Positions 1 through 9,860 of a DNA stretch of 64,000 nucleotides are shown in pieces; positions within the stretch are counted from its first letter, which is position 1, and each line of letters opens with the position of its first letter. The notes beneath the pieces are model-generated. The model was not told where the DNA came from. It made no database searches and saw nothing but the letters and a program-made list of their open reading frames with translations. The translations under genes were made by a program, and so were the position numbers. The stretch spans positions 11,029 to 75,028 of the forward strand of contig OX638345.1 of the NCBI GenBank assembly GCA_951813535.1, read 5' to 3'. The stretch is from an uncultured Dehalococcoidia bacterium (GTDB taxonomy: Bacteria > Chloroflexota > Dehalococcoidia > Lucifugimonadales > UBA3495).

Positions 1-2
1 GC

Positions 3-311
3 GACGAGTTCACCGAGCGCGGCTTCAAGTCCATCCTCTACCAGATCGGCGACACCCTCGTCGACTTCTTCGAGCCCCTGCGCGACGACACGCCCATGGC
101 CCAGCAGCTTCAGGCCACCGGCCCCGGCGTCATGCACGTGGCCTGGGGCGTGGACGGCATCGGCCAACTGTTCAACGACCTGCAGGCCAACGGCAACGAC
201 ATGCGCGGCGACGGGCCGTCCGCCAGCCCCTTCGGCTACCTGACCGCCAGCATCGAGCCGGCCAGCTCCCACGGCATCTACTTCCAGTTGGCCGAGGGAG
301 AACACAGCTAA
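3..311 (+). CDS. VOC/glyoxalase superfamily protein (methylmalonyl-CoA epimerase-like), 5' end outside window
   Basis: Open frame from the window edge: DEFTERGFKSILYQIGDTLVDFFEPL...GPGVMHVAWGVD...HGIYFQLAE; GPG-x-H-V-A and terminal QL-x-E motifs are typical of MCE-like VOC proteins. Confidence 0.7.
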   Translation, partial: DEFTERGFKSILYQIGDTLVDFFEPLRDDTPMAQQLQATGPGVMHVAWGVDGIGQLFNDLQANGNDMRGDGPSASPFGYLTASIEPASSHGIYFQLAEGEHS

Positions 312-329
312 GCGTGTTGGCGTTTATCC

Positions 330-431
330 GTCATTCCGGCGAAAGCCGGAATCCACTGTCCCAGGCAAGTGCAACCCACTCGAAGTAACCGCGCTCGGAC
401 TTTCTGGATTCCGGCTCAAGGCCGGAATGAC
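330..431. repeat. Palindromic REP/MITE-like element (GTCATTCCGGC...GCCGGAATGAC)
   Basis: Terminal inverted repeat GTCATTCCGGC/GCCGGAATGAC plus inner GGAATCCA/TGGATTCC; intergenic; degenerate half-copy at 25943-25968. Confidence 0.8.
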
Positions 432-466
432 GATACGAAGTTGTAAATTTGCGACAAGGATTAGCC

Positions 467-1438
467 ATGCAATACACGCAACTCGGCCGCACCGGCCTCA
501 CCGTATCCCGGGCCGGCTTCGGCGGCGGCGGCATCGGTCAGGTCTGGGGAGCCACCGACGAGAACGAGGCCATCGCCTCCGTTCACCGGGCCCTGGATCT
601 GGGCATCACCTTCTTCGACGTTGCCCCGTCCTACGGCGACGGCAAGGCCGAGGAGGCCCTGGGCAAAGCGCTGGAGAGCCGCACCGATCCGGTGGTGGTT
701 GCCACCAAGGTGCGGCTTCGCGCTGACGAGATGGACGACGTGTCCGGAGCGGTTCAACGCTCCGTGGAAACCAGCCTGCGCCGCCTCCGGCGCGATTCCG
801 TGGACGTGCTCCACGTGCACAACCGGTTCACCGAGCACCGGGGCGAGGTCGCGGACTCGCTGTCGGCCGACGACGTGCTCGGCCCGGTGCTCGATGCCTA
901 CCGGGCCGTCCAGCGGGCGGGCAAGACCCGATTCATCGGCCTGTCCGCCATGGACCACCACGTGCCCACCATGCGCCGCATCCTCGAGGCCAACGAGTAC
1001 GACACCGTCCTCGCCTACTACAACCTGTTGAACCGCACCGGTATGGAGCCGCCACCGCCCGGTTTCAGCCAGCACGACAACGGCCAGATCATCCCGCTGG
1101 CGCGCAGCCTCGACATGGGCGTCATCGGCATCCGCTCCCACGCCGCCGGCGCGCTGACCGAAGCCCTCGACCGGCCCCCACGGCCCGGCGACGCGCTGAT
1201 GCAGAAGGATCTGGACAGCGTACAGAAACTGCGGTTCCTGCTCGATGGCCCCATACGGACGATGTCCCAGGCGGCGATGGTCTACTGCCTGATGAACCAG
1301 GACATCCACTCCACCGTTCCCGGCGTCAAGAACCGCGCCGAGGCGGAGGAAACCGCCGCCTGTGTCGATCTGCCTCCGATCCCGGCCGAGCACCTGGAGC
1401 GGTTGCGTCAGCTATACGAAAACGACTTCCGGGACTGA
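467..1438 (+). CDS. Aldo/keto reductase
   Basis: MQYTQLGRTGLTVSRAGFG, FFDVAPSYGDG, VATKV, LHVH and VPG motifs; start moved to ATG 467 after an AAGGA RBS. Confidence 0.92.
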   Translation: MQYTQLGRTGLTVSRAGFGGGGIGQVWGATDENEAIASVHRALDLGITFFDVAPSYGDGKAEEALGKALESRTDPVVVATKVRLRADEMDDVSGAVQRSVETSLRRLRRDSVDVLHVHNRFTEHRGEVADSLSADDVLGPVLDAYRAVQRAGKTRFIGLSAMDHHVPTMRRILEANEYDTVLAYYNLLNRTGMEPPPPGFSQHDNGQIIPLARSLDMGVIGIRSHAAGALTEALDRPPRPGDALMQKDLDSVQKLRFLLDGPIRTMSQAAMVYCLMNQDIHSTVPGVKNRAEAEETAACVDLPPIPAEHLERLRQLYENDFRD

Positions 1439-1479
1439 TTGCCAGTCCCGGAAGCAATATCCTGGGGTCGATTGGTCTC

Positions 1480-3276
1480 CTACAGCGCCAGCGCGTAGCA
1501 CGCTCGCCGCGGGTCGGCCCCGGTGCTCATCGAACCCGTCTCCGAATCCCGCACCGACACCGTTGCGCCCAGCCCGCAGTTGGCGGTGTGGTGGATCTTG
1601 TGACCCAGCGCCTTCAGCGCGCCTTCCGTGGATTCGGCGAACCCGTCCTCCAGGTCCAGTTGGCCCGGGTAGTAGACGTGGGGATAAAAGGAGTTCACGT
1701 TGCTGGAGGTGGCGAACCGGGGCGCTTCCACCGCCTGCTGGGGGTCCATACCGAACACCAGCGAGTTCAGAATCAGCTGCAGATTGCCCTGTACCTGGTT
1801 GTCCCCACCGGGGCATCCCACCGTCATCGCCGGCTTGCCGTCCTTCGCCACGATGTAGTTCACCAGCGTCGTGCGCGGCCGCTTCCCAGGCTCCACCACG
1901 TTGGGGTGCCCCGGCTCGCAGTTGAACATCTCGATGCGCGTGCTCAGGCAGGCGCCCAGTTCGGGGAAGAACACCGACTTGGAGAACGACCCGCCGCTGA
2001 TGGTGCCGCACACCAGGTTGCCGTGCCGGTCCAGCACTGACACGTGTGTCGTGCCATCGTCGGCGGAGGTGTCGGGTCCGAGGGCCGCAGCCATGACCTG
2101 CGGGGCGGTGCGCCCGGCCTTGGTCGAGAACCGCCAGGGATCGCCGGCCGGACGTTGCTCCGGGTAAGCGCCCTCCGGGTCAATCTCGCCGGCGCGGACG
2201 GCGGCATACTCCTTGGAGAGCAGTCCGTCGATGGGCACGGTGGCGAACTCGGGGTCCCCGTAGAAGGCCTCCCGGTCTCCGAAGCAAAGTTTCAGCGCCT
2301 CGGCCACCGTGTGGATGTACGCCGGGCTGTTGTGCCCCATGGCCTTCAGGTCGAAGTTTTCCAGAATGTTCAGGGCCTGCATCAGCATGGGCCCCTGCGT
2401 CCAGGAGTCCTGACCCCAGACTTGGTAGCCGTGGAAAGTCGTGCTCACCGGCTCGCAGAATCGCGCGTGGTATCCGGACAGGTCATCCATGGCCAGAATG
2501 CCGCCCACCTTCCGCGACTCCTCGACGATCAACTCGGCGATGGGCCCCTCGTAAAAGGCGTTCCTCGCCGCCTTCAGGCTCTCCTTTCTGGAGCCCGCCG
2601 CCTGCGAAGCGTCTCGCATGGCCTTCAACGTGTTCGCCAGGCCCGGCTGCTGCATCATGGCCCCGGGAGCCGGCACCTCCCGGTCCTCGTAGAAGACCTC
2701 CCAGCCGCCCGGCGGGAAGTTGTCAAACTGTTCCTGGCCCGACTGTGAACGGAGCCGTTCCAGCATGTACTCGTAGTGCGGGATGCCGTCCTCGGCGTAG
2801 CTGATGGCTGGCGCCGCCACCTGCTCGAAAGACATCGTGCCGTACCGTTCCAGCATGTTGATGAACGCGTCCACGATGCCCGGCTGGGTGAACGACAGCG
2901 GCGCGTCCTTTCCCGGTCCGGTGGGAATACGTTCGTATCCACGCGAGCGGTAGAAATCCGCCGTGGCCGCGCCCGGCGCTCCGCCCTGACCGGACAACGA
3001 CAACAGATCGCCGCTGTCGGAGTCGTACAGCATGAAGACGCCCTCTGCTGCCAGCGAGTACGACGCGATGGGTTCCACCACCGCCGCGGCCAGGCTGGCC
3101 GCCACCATAGCGTCGAAGGCGTTGCCCCCGGCCAGCAGTATCCGCATGCCCGCCATCGACGTCAGGTAGTGCCCCGACGAGATCACGCCCTCGTTGGAGC
3201 GGATTACCGGTCGCCCCGATTCGGGCAGGTTGACGTCGCCCTGTTCCAAGTTGTGCATCGTCTGCTGGATCACCAT
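1480..3276 (-). CDS. ggt: Gamma-glutamyltranspeptidase family (Ntn hydrolase)
   Basis: GGNAFDA, GQGGAP, TQGPMLMQAL, GTTHVSVLDRHGN (autocleavage Thr), PGKRPRTT, GCPGG, GADPRR; GGAG RBS before ATG 3276. Confidence 0.92.
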   Translation of the reverse strand: MVIQQTMHNLEQGDVNLPESGRPVIRSNEGVISSGHYLTSMAGMRILLAGGNAFDAMVAASLAAAVVEPIASYSLAAEGVFMLYDSDSGDLLSLSGQGGAPGAATADFYRSRGYERIPTGPGKDAPLSFTQPGIVDAFINMLERYGTMSFEQVAAPAISYAEDGIPHYEYMLERLRSQSGQEQFDNFPPGGWEVFYEDREVPAPGAMMQQPGLANTLKAMRDASQAAGSRKESLKAARNAFYEGPIAELIVEESRKVGGILAMDDLSGYHARFCEPVSTTFHGYQVWGQDSWTQGPMLMQALNILENFDLKAMGHNSPAYIHTVAEALKLCFGDREAFYGDPEFATVPIDGLLSKEYAAVRAGEIDPEGAYPEQRPAGDPWRFSTKAGRTAPQVMAAALGPDTSADDGTTHVSVLDRHGNLVCGTISGGSFSKSVFFPELGACLSTRIEMFNCEPGHPNVVEPGKRPRTTLVNYIVAKDGKPAMTVGCPGGDNQVQGNLQLILNSLVFGMDPQQAVEAPRFATSSNVNSFYPHVYYPGQLDLEDGFAESTEGALKALGHKIHHTANCGLGATVSVRDSETGSMSTGADPRRACYALAL

Positions 3277-3324
3277 ATCAACTCCTCCGATAGGATTCAG
3301 TCGGAAACATTTCATAAACAGTCG

Positions 3325-4497
3325 CTAAATTCTACCCTCGGCGTCCAGCCCCAGTAACACCCGTCCGTACTCCTGCCCGCCCAGGTCCATGATCAGCGTA
3401 TCCCGGTGGGCCACGGCCTGGGCGTCCCGGTGGAACCGTTGCAACGGGTCGGACTCGAAAAGGCCATGCCCGCCGCTGATGTCAAAAATCCGGTTCACCG
3501 CCTGCAGGCACAGTTGAGTGACGTACGCCTTGTCCCGCCGGTACCTCGCCCGCTCCAATGTTGTGAATCCGTCGCCGGTCTCGCCCCGGTCCAGAACCTC
3601 GCGCACGTCCCGATCCATCAGAGCTTTGCCAGCGTCAATCTCTGCCGCGGCCTGGGACACTCGAATGTGCACCGCCGCCGAGTCCGCCGACTTCGCCGCC
3701 CCGGTGGTTCCGGCCGTTTTGGCGATGAACTCGTCCAACATGCCGTGGGCGATGCCCAGCATCGGGGCCACCAGGTCCCAGCCGAGGAGTACCGGTATCG
3801 GCAGACGGTACCGGCTCTGGCCGTGCAGTTCCCAGCCCGTCCAGTCGCCGTCGCCCGCTGTGCTCACATCCAGGATCCGGTGGGTCGGCACAAAGATGTC
3901 CTCCACCACGATGTCCTTGCTGCCACTGCCCCGCAATCCCGACACGAACCAGGTGTCCACGATTTCGTAGCAACCCCGTGGCGCCAGCGCCCAGTTCCGT
4001 TCGCCGATTCCCGGCACTCCCAGCATCAGCCAACTGGCCGCGTCGCACCCGCTGGAGAATTCCCACCTGCCCGTCAGCCGGTACCCGCCGGCCACGGGCG
4101 TGCAGGTGGACCGGCCCACGTTCAGCGAGCTGGAGCACAGCGCGTCCGGGTCCGACCCGAACACCTCCTCCTGCGCCGGCTCCGGCCAATACCCTACCAG
4201 CCACGCGTGCGCCGCCCACAGTCCGTAGCACCACGCCGTGGCCGGACACGCCCGCCCCAGCTCTGCCGCCACGTCCAGCGCCAATGCGTAGTCGATGTCC
4301 AGGCCGCCGTATCGTGCCGGCACTCCAATGCGATACAAACCCGACGCCAGCAGATCCTCGACCGTTTCTTCCGGCAGTTTCCGCAGTTCTTCGGCGCGTG
4401 GCGCGCGTTTCTTCAGGGCCGGCAGCATTTCCGACGCCCGCCCCATCAACTCGGAGGCGTCCGGGATTTCGCGGGCCTGTCGTCGCTTCGTTGTCAT
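3325..4497 (-). CDS. Acyl-CoA-dehydrogenase-fold flavin-dependent monooxygenase, oxygenase component (HsaA-like)
   Basis: LYRIGVPARYGG, GGYRLTGRWEFSSGCDAASW, WFVSGLRGSGSKD, LQRFHRDAQ; start codon uncertain. Confidence 0.88.
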   Translation of the reverse strand: MTTKRRQAREIPDASELMGRASEMLPALKKRAPRAEELRKLPEETVEDLLASGLYRIGVPARYGGLDIDYALALDVAAELGRACPATAWCYGLWAAHAWLVGYWPEPAQEEVFGSDPDALCSSSLNVGRSTCTPVAGGYRLTGRWEFSSGCDAASWLMLGVPGIGERNWALAPRGCYEIVDTWFVSGLRGSGSKDIVVEDIFVPTHRILDVSTAGDGDWTGWELHGQSRYRLPIPVLLGWDLVAPMLGIAHGMLDEFIAKTAGTTGAAKSADSAAVHIRVSQAAAEIDAGKALMDRDVREVLDRGETGDGFTTLERARYRRDKAYVTQLCLQAVNRIFDISGGHGLFESDPLQRFHRDAQAVAHRDTLIMDLGGQEYGRVLLGLDAEGRI

Positions 4498-4750
4498 TGA
4501 TTTGATCGGGGCCGGCGGCTGCGCAAATTCATACGGCGCGCAGCCTACCACGTACCTGCTGGACGCCGCCAACGCCGGCCTCGGACACGGCCTGCTGTCG
4601 CGCTATGTTATCATCCGGCACTCAAAGTGCCGGCGGCCAGGGGGAAAGCCCAGTGACAACATTCCCAGGCGATTTGCTGCGGAAGCGCGTGCTTCGCGCG
4701 GGCGCGGCCAGTAGCCTCCGCACATTGAGGACTCGCTGCCCGGATCCGGC

Positions 4751-5980
4751 ATGAGAGTATCGACCACTCTCCATCGCGCTTCCTCGCCGCTGGGCATCTT
4801 TCGGTACCGCGATTTCGCCTTCGTCTGGGCCTCCACCACCCTGGTCGGCATGGGTACGCAGATGGAATCTGCTGTCCTGGGCTGGTTCGTGCTGACCCTC
4901 ACCGATTCGCCCTTCCTGGTGGGCGCAATCGCCGCGGCGCGCATGGCGCTGAACTTCCTGGCGCTGTTTGCCGGCGCCCTGGCCGACCGGTTGCCCCGAA
5001 ATCGTCTTTTGGTTTCCGTGGAAATCATCATGGGGCTGATGGGCGGTTTGATGCTGGTCCTGATCGTGACCGATCTGCTGGAGGTGTGGCACATCTTCGC
5101 CATCACTCTGGTGATGGGGGTGATTCGCCTCTGCCAGATGCCCGTCGCCCAATCCCTCGTGGCCGACACCCTGCCCCCGGAACGACTGGGGCACGGAGCC
5201 GCGTTCAACACGGTGGCCATGAACATCGCCATGCTGTGCGGCCCCGTCATCGGCGGGTTTTTGTTCAAAGGATTCGGCCCCCAGGGCGCCTATCTGGCCG
5301 TCGCGTCCCTGTACCTGTGCGCCGGCATGGTCGCCTTGGGAATACGCACCCCGGTCTCGGTCCGAACTCGAGCGCCCGAGCGGGTGATGAGCACCGTTAT
5401 CGGCGGCTTGCGCTACGTCGCCGGCAACCAGGTGCTCTGGGCGGTCCTGGCGGTTGCGGTCATCATCAACCTGGCCGGCTGGACCGTGCACACCGGCCTG
5501 GCGCCCATCTTCGCCCGCGACGTGTTGGGCAGCGACTCCGCCGGTCTGGGGCTGCTGTTGTTCGCCTTCGGCAGCGGAGCCCTCAGCGGATCACTGGGTT
5601 TCACCATGTTGCCGAACCTGCGCCGCCCCGGGCTGTTGCTCATCCTTGCGGTGGTAACCTGGCACGGTTCCATTCTGCTTTTCTCGCTTTCGACGTCCTT
5701 TTACCTGTCTATGGCGATATTCGTCCTGGTGGGCATGTCCTTCGCCTCCACCCAGGTCCTGATCTTGACGCTGCTGCTGCGCACCACCGAGCAGCAATTC
5801 CGGGGACGCGTGATGAGCCTGCGGTCATTTGCGATCCTGGCCTACAGCTTCGGCAGCGTGGGGGCCGGCGCCATCGCGGGAGCATGGGGCGCGCCGGGCG
5901 CGGCCCAGGTTGTGGGCTTCACCGGCATCGCGTTGGTCGCGCTGTTGGCCCTGTTGGCTCCGCAGCTGCGCCGCGCCTGA
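4751..5980 (+). CDS. MFS transporter
   Basis: About 12 hydrophobic segments, GALADRLPRNRL motif A, FRGRVMS. Confidence 0.9.
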   Translation: MRVSTTLHRASSPLGIFRYRDFAFVWASTTLVGMGTQMESAVLGWFVLTLTDSPFLVGAIAAARMALNFLALFAGALADRLPRNRLLVSVEIIMGLMGGLMLVLIVTDLLEVWHIFAITLVMGVIRLCQMPVAQSLVADTLPPERLGHGAAFNTVAMNIAMLCGPVIGGFLFKGFGPQGAYLAVASLYLCAGMVALGIRTPVSVRTRAPERVMSTVIGGLRYVAGNQVLWAVLAVAVIINLAGWTVHTGLAPIFARDVLGSDSAGLGLLLFAFGSGALSGSLGFTMLPNLRRPGLLLILAVVTWHGSILLFSLSTSFYLSMAIFVLVGMSFASTQVLILTLLLRTTEQQFRGRVMSLRSFAILAYSFGSVGAGAIAGAWGAPGAAQVVGFTGIALVALLALLAPQLRRA

Positions 5981-6054
5981 CACTTGCGGCTCACGTCCCG
6001 GGTTCAACCGCCACCGTTCGTTCCAGCAGCCGCGTTGCAGGGTCCCGGCGCGAT

Positions 6055-7650
6055 TCAGCAGACAGCCAGCCGGTCTTTTCCAGGCTCCCTGGCGGTTGCC
6101 AACTTGACTACCGTGCGTACTCCGCCGAGCCCGGTGCGCTCCCGCGACTTTTTGCCGGGCACGACGTCTTCGGCCATCCTGCCGTCAACACTCGTCGACC
6201 GGGCGCGGCGCGCCCAAGTCGTGGCGGCCATGTTCGCCAGCTTCGCCGACATCGGTTCGCGCGCAGCGGCCCTCGCCCCGTCGTCTTTGCCGATTCGATA
6301 GATCGAGGAAATCAGGGCCCCCCCGACTACCACCACCACGTAGAAGAATGTGGCGAGCCCATGCCACAGGTAGCCACTGTTCAGCCTCTCCTGGGCCTCC
6401 TCCTGAGGATAGTCCAGTCGGCTGAAGTCAATCTCCCACGAAGTCCACCAATTGTGATCGGGGAGGACCGACGGGGTGTTGGGCGCCAGGTACGTCGTCA
6501 CCACCACGCCCGCTCCCAGGGAACCCATTGCGGCCAACAGCGCGATGGTGGTTACCAACGCCAATCGGCGGTCGCCGGCGTTGGGCCGCACCGCGGGATC
6601 TCGCAGTACCAAGAGCGCCATGAACACCCCGGCCAACGGCGGCAGCACTATCACCAGCTGAATCCAGAGCGAAATGTTGGAGAAGACCACTATCGACGCA
6701 TACGCGAACAGCGTCGGCGGCACGGTAACCGCCACCGCACGGCGCAGGGCATTGCTCCGGCTGTGATCGCCGGAATACTGCCATTGCCGGAGCAGGTGAA
6801 AAGCCAACCCCGCGATTGAGGCCAGCGCAAGGTTTACCTCCAGCGCCAACAGATAGGGGAGATGCGTGCCCGCGTAATCGCCGATCATATAGAGCCCGTA
6901 CGGATCCATTCGGATATAAGCCGATTGCAGCAGAAACGTACTCAGCAGGAAGAACACGGTGGTGCTGTAGAACTCGCCCAGGTCGTACGGCCGTCGTCGG
7001 TGCAACAATCCTTGCGCCGCCACCAGGGACATCATCGCCGCGACGTAAACAACGGGCATCCAGGTGTTGTTCCACCCGAACGCGGCGAATGCGTACCCGA
7101 CCGCGGCAATGCATACCCCCGTGAGTACGCACTTGTAGGACAGATAACGGATTATGCTTCCCATGTCCGGGATCAGGGTGTCGGGGACCAGGGTGTCCGA
7201 GCCCAGGTTGCTCGCGGCTCGATCGTTGGCGGAGGACACCACATGCTCACCGGCCGGAACTGGTCGCGGTTGTGGCTCCAGGTAAGCGTCCTCGCCCGCG
7301 TCGGCATCCGTCCAGTCGGCGGATCTTTGCTCACGGTACGGGCCGGCGTCTTCCTGAAACCCGGCCAGGATCATCAGACCCTCCACTTCAACGGGAGCGA
7401 GGTTGAGGGCGTTGGCGAAATCCTGCAGCCGCTCCACCGTGGGCAGCGTGGAGCCCGATTCCCACCTCGAAACCGTTACGTGGCTGTACCGCCCGGCGTA
7501 CTGGCCATTTACCTCCGACATCCGCTGCAGGAGGCTGGCCTGGGTCAATCCGTACCTGCCGTCACCCAGCGGAAAGGTTTCCCGATAGGCGCGCATCAAC
7601 ATGCCTACCTGTGCGGCTCTGGACCACCTGGCGTCACGCTCTGCTATCAC
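6055..7650 (-). CDS. XRE-type HTH protein fused to a ~8-TM membrane domain
   Basis: N-terminal GLTQASLL...SHVTVSRWESGSTLPTVERLQDFANALNL (XRE HTH), acidic linker, then about 8 hydrophobic helices. Confidence 0.75.
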   Translation of the reverse strand: MIAERDARWSRAAQVGMLMRAYRETFPLGDGRYGLTQASLLQRMSEVNGQYAGRYSHVTVSRWESGSTLPTVERLQDFANALNLAPVEVEGLMILAGFQEDAGPYREQRSADWTDADAGEDAYLEPQPRPVPAGEHVVSSANDRAASNLGSDTLVPDTLIPDMGSIIRYLSYKCVLTGVCIAAVGYAFAAFGWNNTWMPVVYVAAMMSLVAAQGLLHRRRPYDLGEFYSTTVFFLLSTFLLQSAYIRMDPYGLYMIGDYAGTHLPYLLALEVNLALASIAGLAFHLLRQWQYSGDHSRSNALRRAVAVTVPPTLFAYASIVVFSNISLWIQLVIVLPPLAGVFMALLVLRDPAVRPNAGDRRLALVTTIALLAAMGSLGAGVVVTTYLAPNTPSVLPDHNWWTSWEIDFSRLDYPQEEAQERLNSGYLWHGLATFFYVVVVVGGALISSIYRIGKDDGARAAAREPMSAKLANMAATTWARRARSTSVDGRMAEDVVPGKKSRERTGLGGVRTVVKLATAREPGKDRLAVC

Positions 7651-7720
7651 GATGCTTCCTGTATCAGGGTCTAGTCTGGGTATTTCCCAGCCACAGTATT
7701 ATCAAGGCTCGGAATCAACG

Positions 7721-7755
7721 TTGCAAGCAATTGCCGGATAATGCGACGCTTGCAA
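7721..7755. promoter_or_regulatory. Candidate operator: inverted repeat TTGCAAGC-N19-GCTTGCAA
   Basis: Perfect 8-bp inverted repeat in the AT-richer divergent intergenic region between the XRE-TM gene and the YbaY lipoprotein gene. Confidence 0.3.
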
Positions 7756-7979
7756 TCGAAACTGGCAGCGTGGAGACGGTCGCGCGGCAACCGAAATCCG
7801 TTTTCCATCTGATCTCGTATACCCTTCGATCTACAGTCTATCTACATTCATTGCGACGTACTCGGACAAAACGGCTGGGCAATATTGACCGTCAGACAAT
7901 CTCGACCGCCAAGAGAGTGATAGTTCCCGATCATCCCAGCAAATAGATACACGGCGCGGATCGGCGCCACGAGGAAATA

Positions 7980-9149
7980 TTGATGAAGACCAAAATCCAT
8001 TTGGCCGTTCCGCTGGCGCTTGCTGCCTGCGTTGCCGCCCTGGGCGTGGCCTGCGCCGGCGATCCGGGATCCGGCGAAGACGGCGACGGCGCGTTTTCCG
8101 GCGGCCAACGGAAAGCATCCCTGACCGGGACCGTCTCCTATCAAGAGAGGTTGGAACTCACACCCGAGGCCACTCTCATTGTGGAGTTGCAGGACACCAG
8201 CTACGCCGACGCCCCGGCGAGGTTGATAGGCAGTCAGACCATCACCAGTCCCGGCCAGGTGCCGATCAAGTTTGATGTTGCCTACGACCCCAAGTCCGTC
8301 GATCCGGGGAACCGCTACTCCGTCTCCGCACGCATCGTGGAATCGGACGGCCGCCTCGCCTTCATCAACGACACCGCCTACGAAGTGCTGACCCGTGGCA
8401 ACCCCAACCGCGTCGAAATGCTGCTGGTCCTGGTGGAACCGCCGCCGGACTTGCTGGAATCCGCCAACCTTTCCGGGGATGACTGGCGAACGTGGAGGGA
8501 GGTTCCGGCTGACGTGATTTGGGCCAACCTTATCCCGAATGAGCCAGTGCCCCTGCTGCGCGTCGCCTATCGCCAGTCAACCCTGGAGAACTGTGCCCGC
8601 CCCGGCAGCCAGGACCTTACCCTTGACGGCCGCGATATCCTCGTGCGCCTCACGCTGATGCAGCCGCCGGACACGCCCTGGGCCCTGCCGTGCCACGAGG
8701 AGGTCGTCGAGCTCGACACCGTGCTGCACGTTGGCGCCTCCCTCCGGCCAAGCAGACCGTATCGAGTCATCGTGAACGACGCGGAGATCACCACTTTCAC
8801 CATCCCCGAGAGCCACCTGGATCACACTGCAATCGCGCAGTCGCCGATCCAATCCGCAGAGGTCGCGATGTCCGCATCCACGCCGGATCAACAAATCCTG
8901 CAGGTGGTATCCGGACTGCCCAAAGGCAGCGGGTGCTCCCAGTTCAACGGCTATGAAATGCGACGGAACTCTTCCCGTGAGTTCGACGTGGTCATCACGC
9001 ACCATGAGGTCGCCGATCCGTTCGTCGTATGCACTGCGGACTTCCCGATCGTCGAGACCGACGTACCCCTCGGTTCCGATCTGGAACCCGGCGCCGAATA
9101 CACCGTCAGCGTCAACGACGACGTCACTGCGACCTTTGTCGCCCGGTGA
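7980..9149 (+). CDS. Lipoprotein with YbaY/YscW-like domain plus two repeated Cys-pair domains
   Basis: Lipobox LGVAC; LTGTVSYQERLELTPEATLIVELQDTSYADAPA...GQVPIKF...RYSVSARI (YbaY); two C-terminal repeats each with 2 Cys, ending YRVIVND / YTVSVND. Confidence 0.75.
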   Translation: MMKTKIHLAVPLALAACVAALGVACAGDPGSGEDGDGAFSGGQRKASLTGTVSYQERLELTPEATLIVELQDTSYADAPARLIGSQTITSPGQVPIKFDVAYDPKSVDPGNRYSVSARIVESDGRLAFINDTAYEVLTRGNPNRVEMLLVLVEPPPDLLESANLSGDDWRTWREVPADVIWANLIPNEPVPLLRVAYRQSTLENCARPGSQDLTLDGRDILVRLTLMQPPDTPWALPCHEEVVELDTVLHVGASLRPSRPYRVIVNDAEITTFTIPESHLDHTAIAQSPIQSAEVAMSASTPDQQILQVVSGLPKGSGCSQFNGYEMRRNSSREFDVVITHHEVADPFVVCTADFPIVETDVPLGSDLEPGAEYTVSVNDDVTATFVAR

Positions 9150-9154
9150 CGTGG

Positions 9155-9815
9155 TCAACGCACTGACGTGCCTTCCGCAAAAGGGAAGAGCGGCCGCAAC
9201 CCGTGGGCCGCAATGTTGTTGATGGTCAGCTCAACGCCGAAGCACGCCCCGTAGATGACAAACAGCGCCCACACCCGGTGGTCCTGCGCTGCTTCCAGGA
9301 ATTTGCCCTTGGTGTCGGCTGCTGGGGCCATGATTCCGCGCGCCCGCAGGTCCTTGCAGTTACCCGCCGGCGAGTCCTGAATGAGGAAGAAGTAAGCGAT
9401 GCCCACCAGCAGCAGGGCCGCGCCCGGTGTCACCATGGCGATGCGCCAGCCGAACGCCTCGCTCACGCTGAACATCAACACACCCGCGAAGATCAGGGGC
9501 ATGGCGATTTTCGTGACGCCGCCGCCCAGGTTACCCCAACCGGCGGGGGTCGCGTTGGCGGCGCCCACGACGTTGGGGGCGAACATGACCGAGGTGTGGT
9601 ACTGCGTGATCACAAAGGATGCGCCGATCACGCCGATTGCCAGCCGGAACAGCCGGAAGGTTTCATAGCTGTCCGCCAGACCGATGCACATCACGGGGAC
9701 GGAGCCCACGATGAGCCGCCCACTGCAGGCCAGGCGCGGCCCGATGCGGTCGCACAGCCATCCGAACACCAGGCGCGCCACGATGGTTATGGCCACAGAC
9801 GCAATGAATGATGGT
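9155..9815 (-). pseudogene. NarK/NRT2-type nitrate/nitrite transporter fragment, truncated at both ends
   Basis: ARLVFGWLCDRIGPR, GASFVITQYHTSVMFAPNVVGAANAT-x-AGWGNLGGG, YGACFGVELTINNIAA; only the central ~210 aa is present. Confidence 0.85.
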
Positions 9816-9860
9816 GCTGCCAATCTGCGCCCTGCTGAGCAACAGGTCTTCTCGCACCAC

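Noticed and set aside
4606-4750. Possible riboswitch upstream of the first MFS gene (hairpins after an extended -10 TGTTATCAT)
   Set aside because: Only generic GC hairpins; no recognisable aptamer consensus or expression platform
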